Made by a program: the position numbers and the translations under genes. From the NCBI GenBank assembly GCA_900556765.1, contig USQH01000001.1, positions 1-33,769 of the forward strand: a stretch of DNA of 33,769 bases. The letters are read 5' to 3'. Below the pieces are notes generated by a model. It did not search any database and was not told the origin of the DNA. It saw only the letters and a list, made by a program, of their open reading frames with translations. Positions 15,350-23,497 of the stretch are shown here, piece by piece (position 1 is the first letter of the stretch; every line of letters starts with the position of its first letter). Source of the DNA: an uncultured Oscillospiraceae bacterium (lineage in GTDB: Bacteria; Bacillota; Clostridia; Oscillospirales; Acutalibacteraceae).

Positions 15350-17683
15350 ATGAGAGAAAAGATACTTTTTGACGACGGCTGGCTGTTCCATTTGGGCGAG
15401 GTCGAGCGCCGCACGCCCTCAAACAAGGGCGCGCTCTACACCGGAGCAAAGACGTCGCGCGCACGCTGGGGCGCCGCAAGCGAAAATTACAACGACGCTC
15501 CCGACGGCTACTGGATCGCTCACGAACAGCTCGCCGAAAAATGGGTGACTGTCGATCTGCCGCACGACTACATGATCGAAAAAACGCCGAGCGAGGAAAA
15601 TAACAACGCCCTCGGCTTTGTCGAGTACGAAAACGCATGGTACAGAAAGCACATTTCCTTCGGCGCCGAGGATATGGATAAGCGCATCTCTTTCATTTTC
15701 GACGGCGTTGCCACCAACGCCACCGTTTACTTCAACGGCGTTTTGGTCGCACACAATTACTGCGGCTACACCTCCTTCGAGGTCGACGTGACCGACTTCA
15801 TCCGCTTCTGTCAGGACAATGTGCTCGCCGTCTATGTCGACGCGGTGTCTCAGGACGGCTGGTGGTACGGCGGCGGCGGTATCTACCGCCATGTTTGGCT
15901 GCAAAAGACCGACCGCGTCTCGGTCGACCTATACGGCGTATACCTTAAGCCGCGCCACGAGAGCGCCGACGACTGGCGCGTCGACGTTGAAACAACCGTC
16001 CGCAACGACGGCGACGAGGACGCCGATATCCGCGTCGTGACCACATTTTTCGCTCCCGACGGCGGCGTTGCCGCCACCGCCGAGACAACCGCGTTATCGG
16101 CCGCGCGCGACATCATGACGCTCAAATACGGCACGGCAGTATCCGCGCCGCTGCTGTGGGATGTTGACAGTCCGCGTCTCTACACCGCCGAGACGGTGAT
16201 ATACAAAAACGGCGAGCCGTGCGACAGCGTGCGCGACCGCTTCGGTTTCCGTGAATTTCATTTTGACCCCGACAACGGCCTCATTTTAAACGGCCGCCAT
16301 GTCGTTATAAAGGGCGTTTGCGCGCACCTCGATTTCGGGCTGACCGGCAAAGCCGTTCCCGACAATATTCAGCGGTACAAAATCGAGCTGATAAAACAGA
16401 TGGGCGCAAACGGCTATCGCACCGCCCACTATCCCCATTCCGACGCGACCATGGACGCCCTTGACGAAATGGGCTTCATCGTCATGGACGAGACGCGCCG
16501 ATTTGAGTCGACCGAGGAGGGCAAAAAACAGCTCGAAATGCTGATAAAGCGCGACCGCAACCGTCCGTCGGTGTTCATGTGGTCGATCGGCAACGAGGAG
16601 CCGTGGCACGGCAAGGAGATGGGCGTGCGTATCACGCGCAACCTAAAGGCGTTTGTAAAACGGCTGGACGACACGCGCCCCGTCACAACCGCCATTTCCG
16701 ACGGGCCGCTTGATTCGCCTGTCGCAAAATATCTTGACATTATCGGCGTCAACTACAATCTGGAGTCGCTCGACGCCATTCATAAAAAGCATCCCGCGCT
16801 GCCCATTGCCGTCAGCGAATGCTGCGCCACATCCAGCACGCGGGGCTGGTACTTTGACGCCTGCGCCGAGCGCGGCTACCTGCCTGCCTATGACATGAAA
16901 ACCAACGACTGGTGGTGGAGCCGCGAGCGTACGCAAAAGTACCTCGCCGAACGCCCCTTTGTCGCCGGATGGTATCAGTGGGACGCGTTCGAGCACCGCG
17001 GCGAAGCGGTTTGGCCGCGCGTTTGCTCTCAGGCGGGCGCTATCGACCTTTTCTTGCAGAAAAAGGACGCGTTTTATCAAAATCTGTCCCACTGGAGCGA
17101 CGAGCCGATGGTGCATCTGCTGCCCCACTGGAATCACGACGGCCGCATAGGCGAGATTTTGCCCGTGTGGGCATACACAAACTGCGAGGAGCTGGAGCTG
17201 ATCGTCAACGGCGAAAGCCTCGGCAGACAGCCGATTGAGCGCTACGGTCACGGCGAGTGGCAGGTGGCGTATCAGCCGGGCGAGATACGCGTGCGCGCAT
17301 ATAACGGCGGCAAACCGGTTGCCGAGGATGTACGCAAAACGACCGGCAGACCGGTCGCTCTGAAGCTGATATGCGACACGCCCGAGCTTGCCGCCAACGG
17401 TCGGGACACCGCTCTGTTCACCTGCACCTGCGTCGACGCCGACGGCAACACCGTGCCCGACGCCGCACCGTTCGTTTCATTCCACGCGAACGCCCTCGGT
17501 AAAGTGATCGGCACCGGCTCCGACATCAGCGATCACCGTCCCGTTCCCTGCACCGACCGCAAAATGCGTGCCGGAAGCATATCGGTCGCTGTCAAGGTCG
17601 GAAAGACCGGCGGCGTACTGAGGCTCTATGCCGAGAGCGAGGGGCTGACCGGCGCGTATATCGAAGTGCCGCTCGGTAAGTAA
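15350..17683 (+). CDS. Glycoside hydrolase family 2 (beta-galactosidase/glucuronidase-like)
   Basis: GGAGG at 15338-15342. GH2 hallmarks are WVTVDLPHDY, NGYRTAHYP and WSIGNEE (acid/base Glu). Length is 777 aa. The ORF-track start 15251 was trimmed. Confidence 0.85.
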   Translation: MREKILFDDGWLFHLGEVERRTPSNKGALYTGAKTSRARWGAASENYNDAPDGYWIAHEQLAEKWVTVDLPHDYMIEKTPSEENNNALGFVEYENAWYRKHISFGAEDMDKRISFIFDGVATNATVYFNGVLVAHNYCGYTSFEVDVTDFIRFCQDNVLAVYVDAVSQDGWWYGGGGIYRHVWLQKTDRVSVDLYGVYLKPRHESADDWRVDVETTVRNDGDEDADIRVVTTFFAPDGGVAATAETTALSAARDIMTLKYGTAVSAPLLWDVDSPRLYTAETVIYKNGEPCDSVRDRFGFREFHFDPDNGLILNGRHVVIKGVCAHLDFGLTGKAVPDNIQRYKIELIKQMGANGYRTAHYPHSDATMDALDEMGFIVMDETRRFESTEEGKKQLEMLIKRDRNRPSVFMWSIGNEEPWHGKEMGVRITRNLKAFVKRLDDTRPVTTAISDGPLDSPVAKYLDIIGVNYNLESLDAIHKKHPALPIAVSECCATSSTRGWYFDACAERGYLPAYDMKTNDWWWSRERTQKYLAERPFVAGWYQWDAFEHRGEAVWPRVCSQAGAIDLFLQKKDAFYQNLSHWSDEPMVHLLPHWNHDGRIGEILPVWAYTNCEELELIVNGESLGRQPIERYGHGEWQVAYQPGEIRVRAYNGGKPVAEDVRKTTGRPVALKLICDTPELAANGRDTALFTCTCVDADGNTVPDAAPFVSFHANALGKVIGTGSDISDHRPVPCTDRKMRAGSISVAVKVGKTGGVLRLYAESEGLTGAYIEVPLGK

Positions 17684-18048
17684 ATTTATGCTCCGGAAAT
17701 AAGCGCAGGGAATAAGCGCATATTGCGTATAATTCACGCTGAGCGAGCAAGTGTGCCCCGAGTTTAAACACGCGCTCATTAAACAATCGCGCATTGCTTA
17801 TAATTCACGCTGAGCGAGTAAACGCACTCTGCGTATGGATTTCCGTCCATCGGATAAACACACCCTGCGTTTGATTTTTGCTCAACGAATACACACTCTC
17901 TGCGTTTGAGCTTGCGCTCGGAAAACACACTCATTTTGTGTTCGATTTTTGCTCAGCGAGCAAACTCGCTCAGCGAATAATTTAATCCCCGATTCACTCG
18001 GCGAGCAAGTTACATTCAACCAAAATAACCGAAAAGGATATATTACAT
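17684..18048. repeat. About 71-bp periodic degenerate repeats containing GCT(G/C)AGCGAGCAA
   Basis: TATAATTCACGCTGAGCGAG occurs at 17728 and 17799. GATTTTTGCTCA occurs at 17873 and 17944. A TGCTC-AGC-GAGCA dyad sits at 17950-17962. Confidence 0.85.
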
Positions 18049-18765
18049 ATGAGAGACGATATTTGCACCATACCGGTATCGGAGGGCTTTGAGGAAAAGG
18101 ACGGCTGTCCCATTTGCCGTATGCGCGCCATAGCCGAAAAGCGCGTCATCGACTACATAATGGGCGCGGCGATGATGGAGCCGGACGTACGGCTGAACAC
18201 CAACGAGCTTGGCTTTTGCTCATGCCACTTTGACCAGATGATGAAGGCCGGCAACCGACTTTCGCTGGCGCTGATACTGGACAGCCATTTGCAGGAGATC
18301 GACAAGCAGATTTTTGCTGACGGAAAAATATTCAAACCAAGCGAGAAAAAGACGCTGTACCGCGCGGTACGGCTTGAGGAGACCTGCTTTGTCTGCTCAA
18401 AGCTCAATTTCGGCATGGCGAACATGATCGACACCGTATACCGCGTGTACGAGAGCGACAAGGAATTTCGCGCGCTGTTTTCGGAGCAGACTGAGCTGTG
18501 CCTGCCCCATTACCGGCTGCTGATGCAGTACATTCCGGAGAAAATGGACAGCGACATCAAAAAGCAGTTCAAATCGGAGGCGAAACGGCTGGCGCAGGGC
18601 TATCTGAAGGAACTGTGCGGCGATGTTCGCCACTTTTGCGAAATGTTTGACTATCACAACAACGGCGAGGACGCCGACTGGGGCAACAGCAAGGATTCCA
18701 TCGAGCGCGCGGTTGCCTATCTCAACGGCGAGCTGACCGCCCGCGACCGCAAACGCATTAAGTGA
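18049..18765 (+). CDS. Cys-rich hypothetical protein (possibly the clostridial DUF6062 family; unverified)
   Basis: AAAGGA RBS. Contains CPICR...CSCH...CFVC...C..H metal-site-like motifs. I did not recognise a known catalytic motif. Confidence 0.65.
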   Translation: MRDDICTIPVSEGFEEKDGCPICRMRAIAEKRVIDYIMGAAMMEPDVRLNTNELGFCSCHFDQMMKAGNRLSLALILDSHLQEIDKQIFADGKIFKPSEKKTLYRAVRLEETCFVCSKLNFGMANMIDTVYRVYESDKEFRALFSEQTELCLPHYRLLMQYIPEKMDSDIKKQFKSEAKRLAQGYLKELCGDVRHFCEMFDYHNNGEDADWGNSKDSIERAVAYLNGELTARDRKRIK

Positions 18766-18788
18766 CGATGTAACGTCTCCCAAATGTG

Positions 18789-19045
18789 AATTGACAGCGC
18801 AGTGCGTGGACGAGTGTCACGGCGCGTGTATAGATAGCGCGGCGCGTGAACGAGTATCACGGTGCGTGACTGGTTGGCTTGGCGCGTGCATAGATAGCGC
18901 AGTGCGTGAATTGACAGCGCGGTGTGCGATTGACAGCACGGCGCGCGATCGAGTATCACGGCGTGCGAATTGACAGCGCGGTGCGTAATCAAGTGTCACG
19001 GCGTGCGATTTTCAGTCACGGGCGCAAAAATCAGTTTCACTGTGA
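18789..19045. repeat. About 13 tandem degenerate 20-bp units ending in GCGTG
   Basis: Exact 20-bp register from 18789 to 18928 (7 units), then 19-21-bp units. Unit types are AATTGACAGCGCRGTGCGTG, RACGAGTRTCACGGYGCGTG and YATAGATAGCGCRGYGCGTG. Confidence 0.9.
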
Positions 19046-19133
19046 TAACCGGTCACGGTGGGCGGCAAGTCCCATTTCACAAACCTAAAAAGCTCACATT
19101 TACTCATAAAAACCACCCTCAACGGAGATATAT

Positions 19134-19607
19134 ATGGACAGCAAAAACGATATCAAAACCAACGTAATGCGGCTGCTTGACGGCAAAAAAATCGCCTACA
19201 CGCCGCATTATTACGACGGAGCCGTCAGCGGCAGTGAAATTTGCGCAGCCCTCGGTCAGGACCCTCATCGGGTGTTCAAAACGCTGGTGACCGTCGGAAA
19301 AAGCGGCACGCACTATGTTTTCGTCGTGCCGGTCGCGGGCGAGCTTGACCTTAAAAAAGCTGCCAAAGCGGTCGGTGAAAAATCGGTCGAAATGATAAAA
19401 TCGAAAGATCTGCTGCCGCTGACCGGCTACATTCACGGCGGCTGCTCGCCCATCGGAATGAAAAAATTTTTTACTACCGTCGTCGACGGCTCGGGGCAGG
19501 ACTTTGATACGATAATGTTCAGCGCCGGCAAAATCGGCTATCAGGTCGAAATGCCTCTCGCCGCCCTGCAAAAGATGATACGCCTGACGCTTGCCGACCT
19601 CACCTGA
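19134..19607 (+). CDS. ybaK: Cys-tRNA(Pro)/Cys-tRNA(Cys) deacylase YbaK
   Basis: Size and motifs (NVMRLLD...KTLV...GYIHGGCSPIGMKK) are typical of YbaK/EbsC. GGAG RBS. Confidence 0.8.
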   Translation: MDSKNDIKTNVMRLLDGKKIAYTPHYYDGAVSGSEICAALGQDPHRVFKTLVTVGKSGTHYVFVVPVAGELDLKKAAKAVGEKSVEMIKSKDLLPLTGYIHGGCSPIGMKKFFTTVVDGSGQDFDTIMFSAGKIGYQVEMPLAALQKMIRLTLADLT

Positions 19608-19883
19608 CGCCGATTTTTAATCGCACAGCCGCTCATATTTCGGTGCAGACGGTTAAAATCGGCTGAAACAAACTGCCGAGCGTTCGGTTAGAATATTCCA
19701 TACGCACCGAACACTCCCGTGAAAAACCGAAAACTACCAGTTTAAAAGCCCTCGAACACACCGAACGGCTTTTTCAAAATGCACCGAGCGCACCGATCAC
19801 TCAAAAAAACACCCCAAGCGGCACAAAAAGCGCCGATTGCACAATACAAAACTGACTGAAAGCGAATGATTTAATTGACCGAA

Positions 19884-20246
19884 ATGCGGAAAACGACCGA
19901 AAGCCAGGAGCAGATAAGCCTCTTTCAGTGGGCGCGTATGTCGACCGGACTGTATCCGGAGCTGAAGCTGCTTTTTCACGTACCGAACGAGGGCAAACGC
20001 ACCCGTTATACGGGCGGCAAACTGCTCGCGGAGGGCTTGCGACCCGGCGTGCCGGATGTCTGCCTGCCGGTACCAAACCGCAAATATCACGGACTTTTCA
20101 TTGAAATGAAGGTCGGCAGAAACAAGCCGACCGACAACCAGCAATTTTGGCTCTCCTCACTTGCCGAACAGGGCTACTGTACCGATGTCGCCTACGGCTG
20201 GCTGGATGCAAAAATAATAATCGAAAACTACCTCAACGACCGGTAA
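19884..20246 (+). CDS. VRR-NUC domain nuclease
   Basis: PD-(D/E)xK core GVPDVCLPVP...GLFIEMKV plus QISLFQWA and the C-terminal GY..DVAYGW pattern typical of VRR-NUC. The RBS is weak. ATG 19884 is preferred over TTG 19875. Confidence 0.7.
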   Translation: MRKTTESQEQISLFQWARMSTGLYPELKLLFHVPNEGKRTRYTGGKLLAEGLRPGVPDVCLPVPNRKYHGLFIEMKVGRNKPTDNQQFWLSSLAEQGYCTDVAYGWLDAKIIIENYLNDR

Positions 20247-20368
20247 AAAAGAGAAAATTAACCGATAAAAAAAGCGGCAATCAACATATGAAAAAACGAT
20301 AATCAACCTGTACTCGACCGATAAGATCGGGAGACAGCGACCGCTGAATTTCATTCGGAGGAGCAAAA

Positions 20369-20530
20369 ATGCTTATGAACAACAATTGCCCATGTAAAAA
20401 GAAAAAATGCGAGCGGCACGGTAATTGCGCCGCCTGCCGCGATCATCACGCCGAAAAGCAGCGCCGATATCCCGTCGCGTGCGAAAAGGGCAAAAAAGAA
20501 TCAGAAAAAATTTTAAAAAATCAACAGTGA
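20369..20530 (+). CDS. Small Cys/His-rich protein, 53 aa (below the ORF-track cutoff)
   Basis: GGAGG (20358-20362) lies 6 nt before ATG 20369. The translation is MLMNNNCPCKKKKCERHGNCAACRDHHAEKQRRYPVACEKGKKESEKILKNQQ*, with the pattern CxC-x4-CxxH-x2-CxxC-x2-HH. Confidence 0.6.
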   Translation: MLMNNNCPCKKKKCERHGNCAACRDHHAEKQRRYPVACEKGKKESEKILKNQQ

Positions 20531-20691
20531 GCTGCTTAAATTGTTGAAATTGCAATGCGTCTCAATTTGAATTTTAATAAAACAGTGCCGTCGGAAACGC
20601 CGTCGGATATTATTTTTTCCACAAACACTTATAATAAGTATAATCGCTTCTTTTTTCGGGCAAACTAACCGCAAAAAGGAGCGATTATTTT

Positions 20692-21123
20692 ATGAACCAG
20701 ACAAACCGTCTTTTAAGCGACATTTACCGCACGGCAGCCATCGGCAAGGACACACTGTCGGCAGTGATAAATTCGGCGGACGACGCCGAGCTGATCCGTG
20801 ACCTGAGCATGAAACGCGCCGAATACCGCGACATTAAAAACGTCGCCGCCAAAAATCTGGCGCGCAACGGCATAAAGCCGCCTCGCAACAGCGCCGAAAG
20901 CATTTCCGGCATGGCACGCACCTCGATGAAAATGCACCTGATACGCCGTGACGATCCGTCGGCGATCGCCAAAATGGTCATTCAGGGCAACACCATGTCG
21001 ATGATCGGGCTCATCCGCAGCAGCAACCGCTATTCACAGGCGGACGGTGCGGTGGTCGATCAGGCGAAGAATTTTGCAAAATCGGAGCAGAACTTTATCA
21101 ACAAAATGAAAAATTACCTGTAA
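20692..21123 (+). CDS. Hypothetical helical protein (143 aa)
   Basis: AAGGAG RBS, a clean ORF and a strong terminator downstream. No family recognised. Confidence 0.6.
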   Translation: MNQTNRLLSDIYRTAAIGKDTLSAVINSADDAELIRDLSMKRAEYRDIKNVAAKNLARNGIKPPRNSAESISGMARTSMKMHLIRRDDPSAIAKMVIQGNTMSMIGLIRSSNRYSQADGAVVDQAKNFAKSEQNFINKMKNYL

Positions 21124-21144
21124 AAAAGTTATTTTTCACATAAA

Positions 21145-21179
21145 GCGGCGGGGCAAAACACCCCGCCGCCGTTCTTTTT
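21145..21179 (+). terminator. Intrinsic terminator upstream of the dnaA promoter
   Basis: Stem GCGGCGGGG / CCCCGCCGC with a 7-nt loop, followed by CGTTCTTTTT. Confidence 0.8.
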
Positions 21180-21312
21180 ATGCGGCTGATGCCGCTATGT
21201 CGCCAAAGCAGCGTTTTTTTAAGCGCGGACGGGTTCGGCAGGGCGCATGATATATATTATTTCACGCGGCTGAAATGTCAGTGAAAGTCATGCAAAAAAA
21301 TACATTTTTCCC

Positions 21313-21341
21313 TTGTAAAACAGCCGTTTTTGTGGTACAAT
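21313..21341 (+). promoter_or_regulatory. dnaA sigma-A promoter
   Basis: TTGTAA (21313-21318), 17 nt, then TACAAT (21336-21341). This gives a 5' leader of about 95 nt that contains a 12-bp hairpin at 21373-21405. Confidence 0.6.
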
Positions 21342-21440
21342 CAGAGTGTATTATTATGTATATTTTTTCGACGCAAAAACGACCGCCTTTTGACGGCGTT
21401 TTTGCCTTATCATAAGTCTGTGTCAGGGGGTTGTATTTAT

Positions 21441-22748
21441 ATGCAGACTTTTCAGGACGTGTGGGACGAGGTAGACCGCTTCTGCGCCACAAAGGTGGGC
21501 GACGTTGCCTACAATATGTGGATTCATTCAATAACGCCGGTCGATTTCAAAAACGGCGAGGCTGTGCTGCGTGTGCCGCACAACATACATAAAAAGGTCA
21601 TTGAACAGACCTATTCGGAGCTTTTCCGCACTGCGTTCCAAAATATTATGGGCTTTCCCGTCGGGCTTCGCATCCTGTGCGATGAGCTGCCCGACTCCAC
21701 CACAAATCACGCCATTCCCGCCGAGCCGAGCGGCTACGAGTACACATTCGACACCTACATCGTCGGCTCGTCCAACCGATTCGCTCACGCGGCGTCCATG
21801 GCGGTCGCCGAGCAGCCGTCCATCGTGTACAATCCGCTGGTCATTTACGGCAACTCCGGCGTGGGCAAGACCCATCTGATGCTGGCAATATACAACTTCG
21901 TCAAGTACAAGTACTCCGAAAAGGGCATTTTGTACGTCCGTTCGGAGGAGTTTATCAACGACTTCATTTCCAACGTACGCGAGGGTCACATGGAGGAGTT
22001 CCGTGACCGCTACCGCAACATCGACATCCTGCTCATCGACGATATTCAGTTCATCGCCGGTAAGGAGGAGACAATGGTCGAGTTCTTCAATACCTTCAAT
22101 ACCCTTTATCTCAATAAAAAGCAGATAGTCGTCACATCCGACCGTCCGCCGAAGGATATCAAGGCTCTTGACGAGCGTATCCGCTCGCGGCTTGAAAGCG
22201 GACTGATTACCGATATCGCTCCGCCGGAATTTGAGACGCGCGTCGGCATCATAAAGCGCAAGGCGCAGATGATCGGACTTGACCTCGACGACGATGTTGT
22301 CTACTACATCGCCGACCAGATAAAGCAGAATATCCGCCAGCTTGAGGGTACGGTAAAGAAACTGCAAATGAATTATCAAATCGACGGGGCGCGTCCGACC
22401 GTTGCCTACGTTCAGAATGTCATCCGCGACATCAAAAACGATTTCCAGCCCGAACCGGTTACCGTGACCAAGATAATCGACGAGGTCGCACGCACATATT
22501 CGATATCGGTCAGCGACATCATGTCAAAAAAGCAGAACGCTCCCGTAACAAAGGTGCGCCAGATATGCATGTACATCGTGCGCGAGATAACCGACATGAA
22601 GCTTGAAAAAATAGGCCAGCAGTTCGGTAAAAACCACGCGACGGTGCTTCATTCGATCAATAAGGTGTCCCAGCTTATGCAGACTCAGCCTAAGGAAAAG
22701 GACGTTATTGAGGATATTATTAAGAATCTGCAATCCGAGAATAATTGA
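21441..22748 (+). CDS. dnaA: Chromosomal replication initiator DnaA
   Basis: MQTFQDVWDEV start, Walker A GNSGVGKTHL, box VII/sensor motifs and the C-terminal DNA-binding helix (HATVLHSINKV). The ORF-track start 21330 was trimmed to ATG 21441. Confidence 0.95.
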   Translation: MQTFQDVWDEVDRFCATKVGDVAYNMWIHSITPVDFKNGEAVLRVPHNIHKKVIEQTYSELFRTAFQNIMGFPVGLRILCDELPDSTTNHAIPAEPSGYEYTFDTYIVGSSNRFAHAASMAVAEQPSIVYNPLVIYGNSGVGKTHLMLAIYNFVKYKYSEKGILYVRSEEFINDFISNVREGHMEEFRDRYRNIDILLIDDIQFIAGKEETMVEFFNTFNTLYLNKKQIVVTSDRPPKDIKALDERIRSRLESGLITDIAPPEFETRVGIIKRKAQMIGLDLDDDVVYYIADQIKQNIRQLEGTVKKLQMNYQIDGARPTVAYVQNVIRDIKNDFQPEPVTVTKIIDEVARTYSISVSDIMSKKQNAPVTKVRQICMYIVREITDMKLEKIGQQFGKNHATVLHSINKVSQLMQTQPKEKDVIEDIIKNLQSENN

Positions 22749-23497
22749 TCGGTGCGTGAACGGGTGGCGCGGCGCATGAGGCGGCATTACCGTTTGTGAA
22801 TCGGCGATGCGGCGCATGAACCGGCATTACCGTTTGTGAATCGGCGGTGTGGCATATGAATCAGCAACACAGTGTGTGATTTTAAGTCACCGTGCATGTG
22901 AGTTAATGCCACGGCGTTTGAGTCAGTCACATGGCAATACGACGACACGATGTAAATTTAGATTACCGTGTGCGCGAATCAGCGTCATCGTATGTGCGTG
23001 AATATCGCGGAGCGAAGGCACAGATTCCATAGTGTGTAAAATTCAGTTACCTTGTTCGTGAGTTAATGCCATCTTGTTCGTGAATATCACGGCGCGCGTA
23101 AATTGACAGCACCTCATTTGCGGTTTATTCAGAGCATGAATTTATATTACGACGGTTGCAACATACATTATGTGATATGCATTAGTGCTGTGATGCATAT
23201 AAAGCCCTAAAATTTCCGAATCGAAAAAAGATTAACTTTTTTAACAGAATTTTCAACAATTAACTTTAAAGCTGTGTTGAACTTTTTAAAAACTCATTTT
23301 CATTCAACATTTTAACATTATTTCAAAAATATTTCAAAACTACAAAAAGCAGGACAAGCTCCTGCCGCTGCTGAGAAAAATCACCTTTTCAACATTTCAT
23401 CAGCCTCTACTGCTGATACTGTTTTATTTTATTTTTTATATAAAAAAATCTGCGATTTTTCGTTTTTCAGGCAATTCAGAGAGGAGATATCAACATC
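22749..23497. other. Candidate oriC (dnaA-dnaN spacer): GC-rich repeat half plus AT-rich half with DUE-like tract
   Basis: A 749-bp spacer in the position of Firmicute oriC. Region 22749-23110 is repeat words. Region 23200-23497 is strongly AT-rich and holds a 28-nt pure A/T run at 23422-23449. TTTTCAACA occurs at 23250 and 23386, with variants at 23301 and, inverted, at 23273. Confidence 0.6.
22771..22850. repeat. Two tandem 40-bp units (36/40 identical)
   Basis: GGCGCATGAGGCGGCATTACCGTTTGTGAATCGGCGATGC followed by GGCGCATGAACCGGCATTACCGTTTGTGAATCGGCGGTGT. Confidence 0.9.

Noticed and set aside
18789-19045. CRISPR array interpretation of the 20-bp tandem arrays (also 32780-32899, 33133-33222 and 6421-6517)
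   Set aside because: The units are contiguous, with no unique spacers between them. They are degenerate rather than near-identical and only about 20 bp long. No cas genes are present in the window.
19027-19050. Possible parS site (CAGTTTCACTGTGATAACC)
   Set aside because: Only the TTTCAC half resembles TGTTNCACGTGAAACA. An extra base breaks the palindrome and the right half does not match. No other parS-like 16-mer was seen.
19608-21123. Defence or prophage island around the VRR-NUC gene
   Set aside because: There are no integrase, capsid, terminase, restriction, helicase or toxin-like genes nearby. The neighbours are ybaK, a tiny Cys-rich ORF and one hypothetical gene, so no system is claimed.
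21330-21440. N-terminal extensions given by the ORF track (dnaA from 21330, GH2 from 15251, SOD-like to 12709, SASP from 9290, gyrB from 26567, tspO to 782, MFS to 2904)
   Set aside because: Internal ATG or GTG codons with good RBS spacing coincide with the conserved protein N-termini. The extensions run through promoters, leaders or repeat sequence.
21124-23497. Canonical DnaA boxes (TTATCCACA / TGTGGATAA)
   Set aside because: None was found by eye on either strand. The best near-matches are TGATCCACA at 14461-14469 (inside ogg), AAATCCACA at 26587-26595, TGTGGTACA at 21331-21339 and TGTGGAAAC at 26295-26303. These are isolated and unconvincing, so no individual box is annotated.
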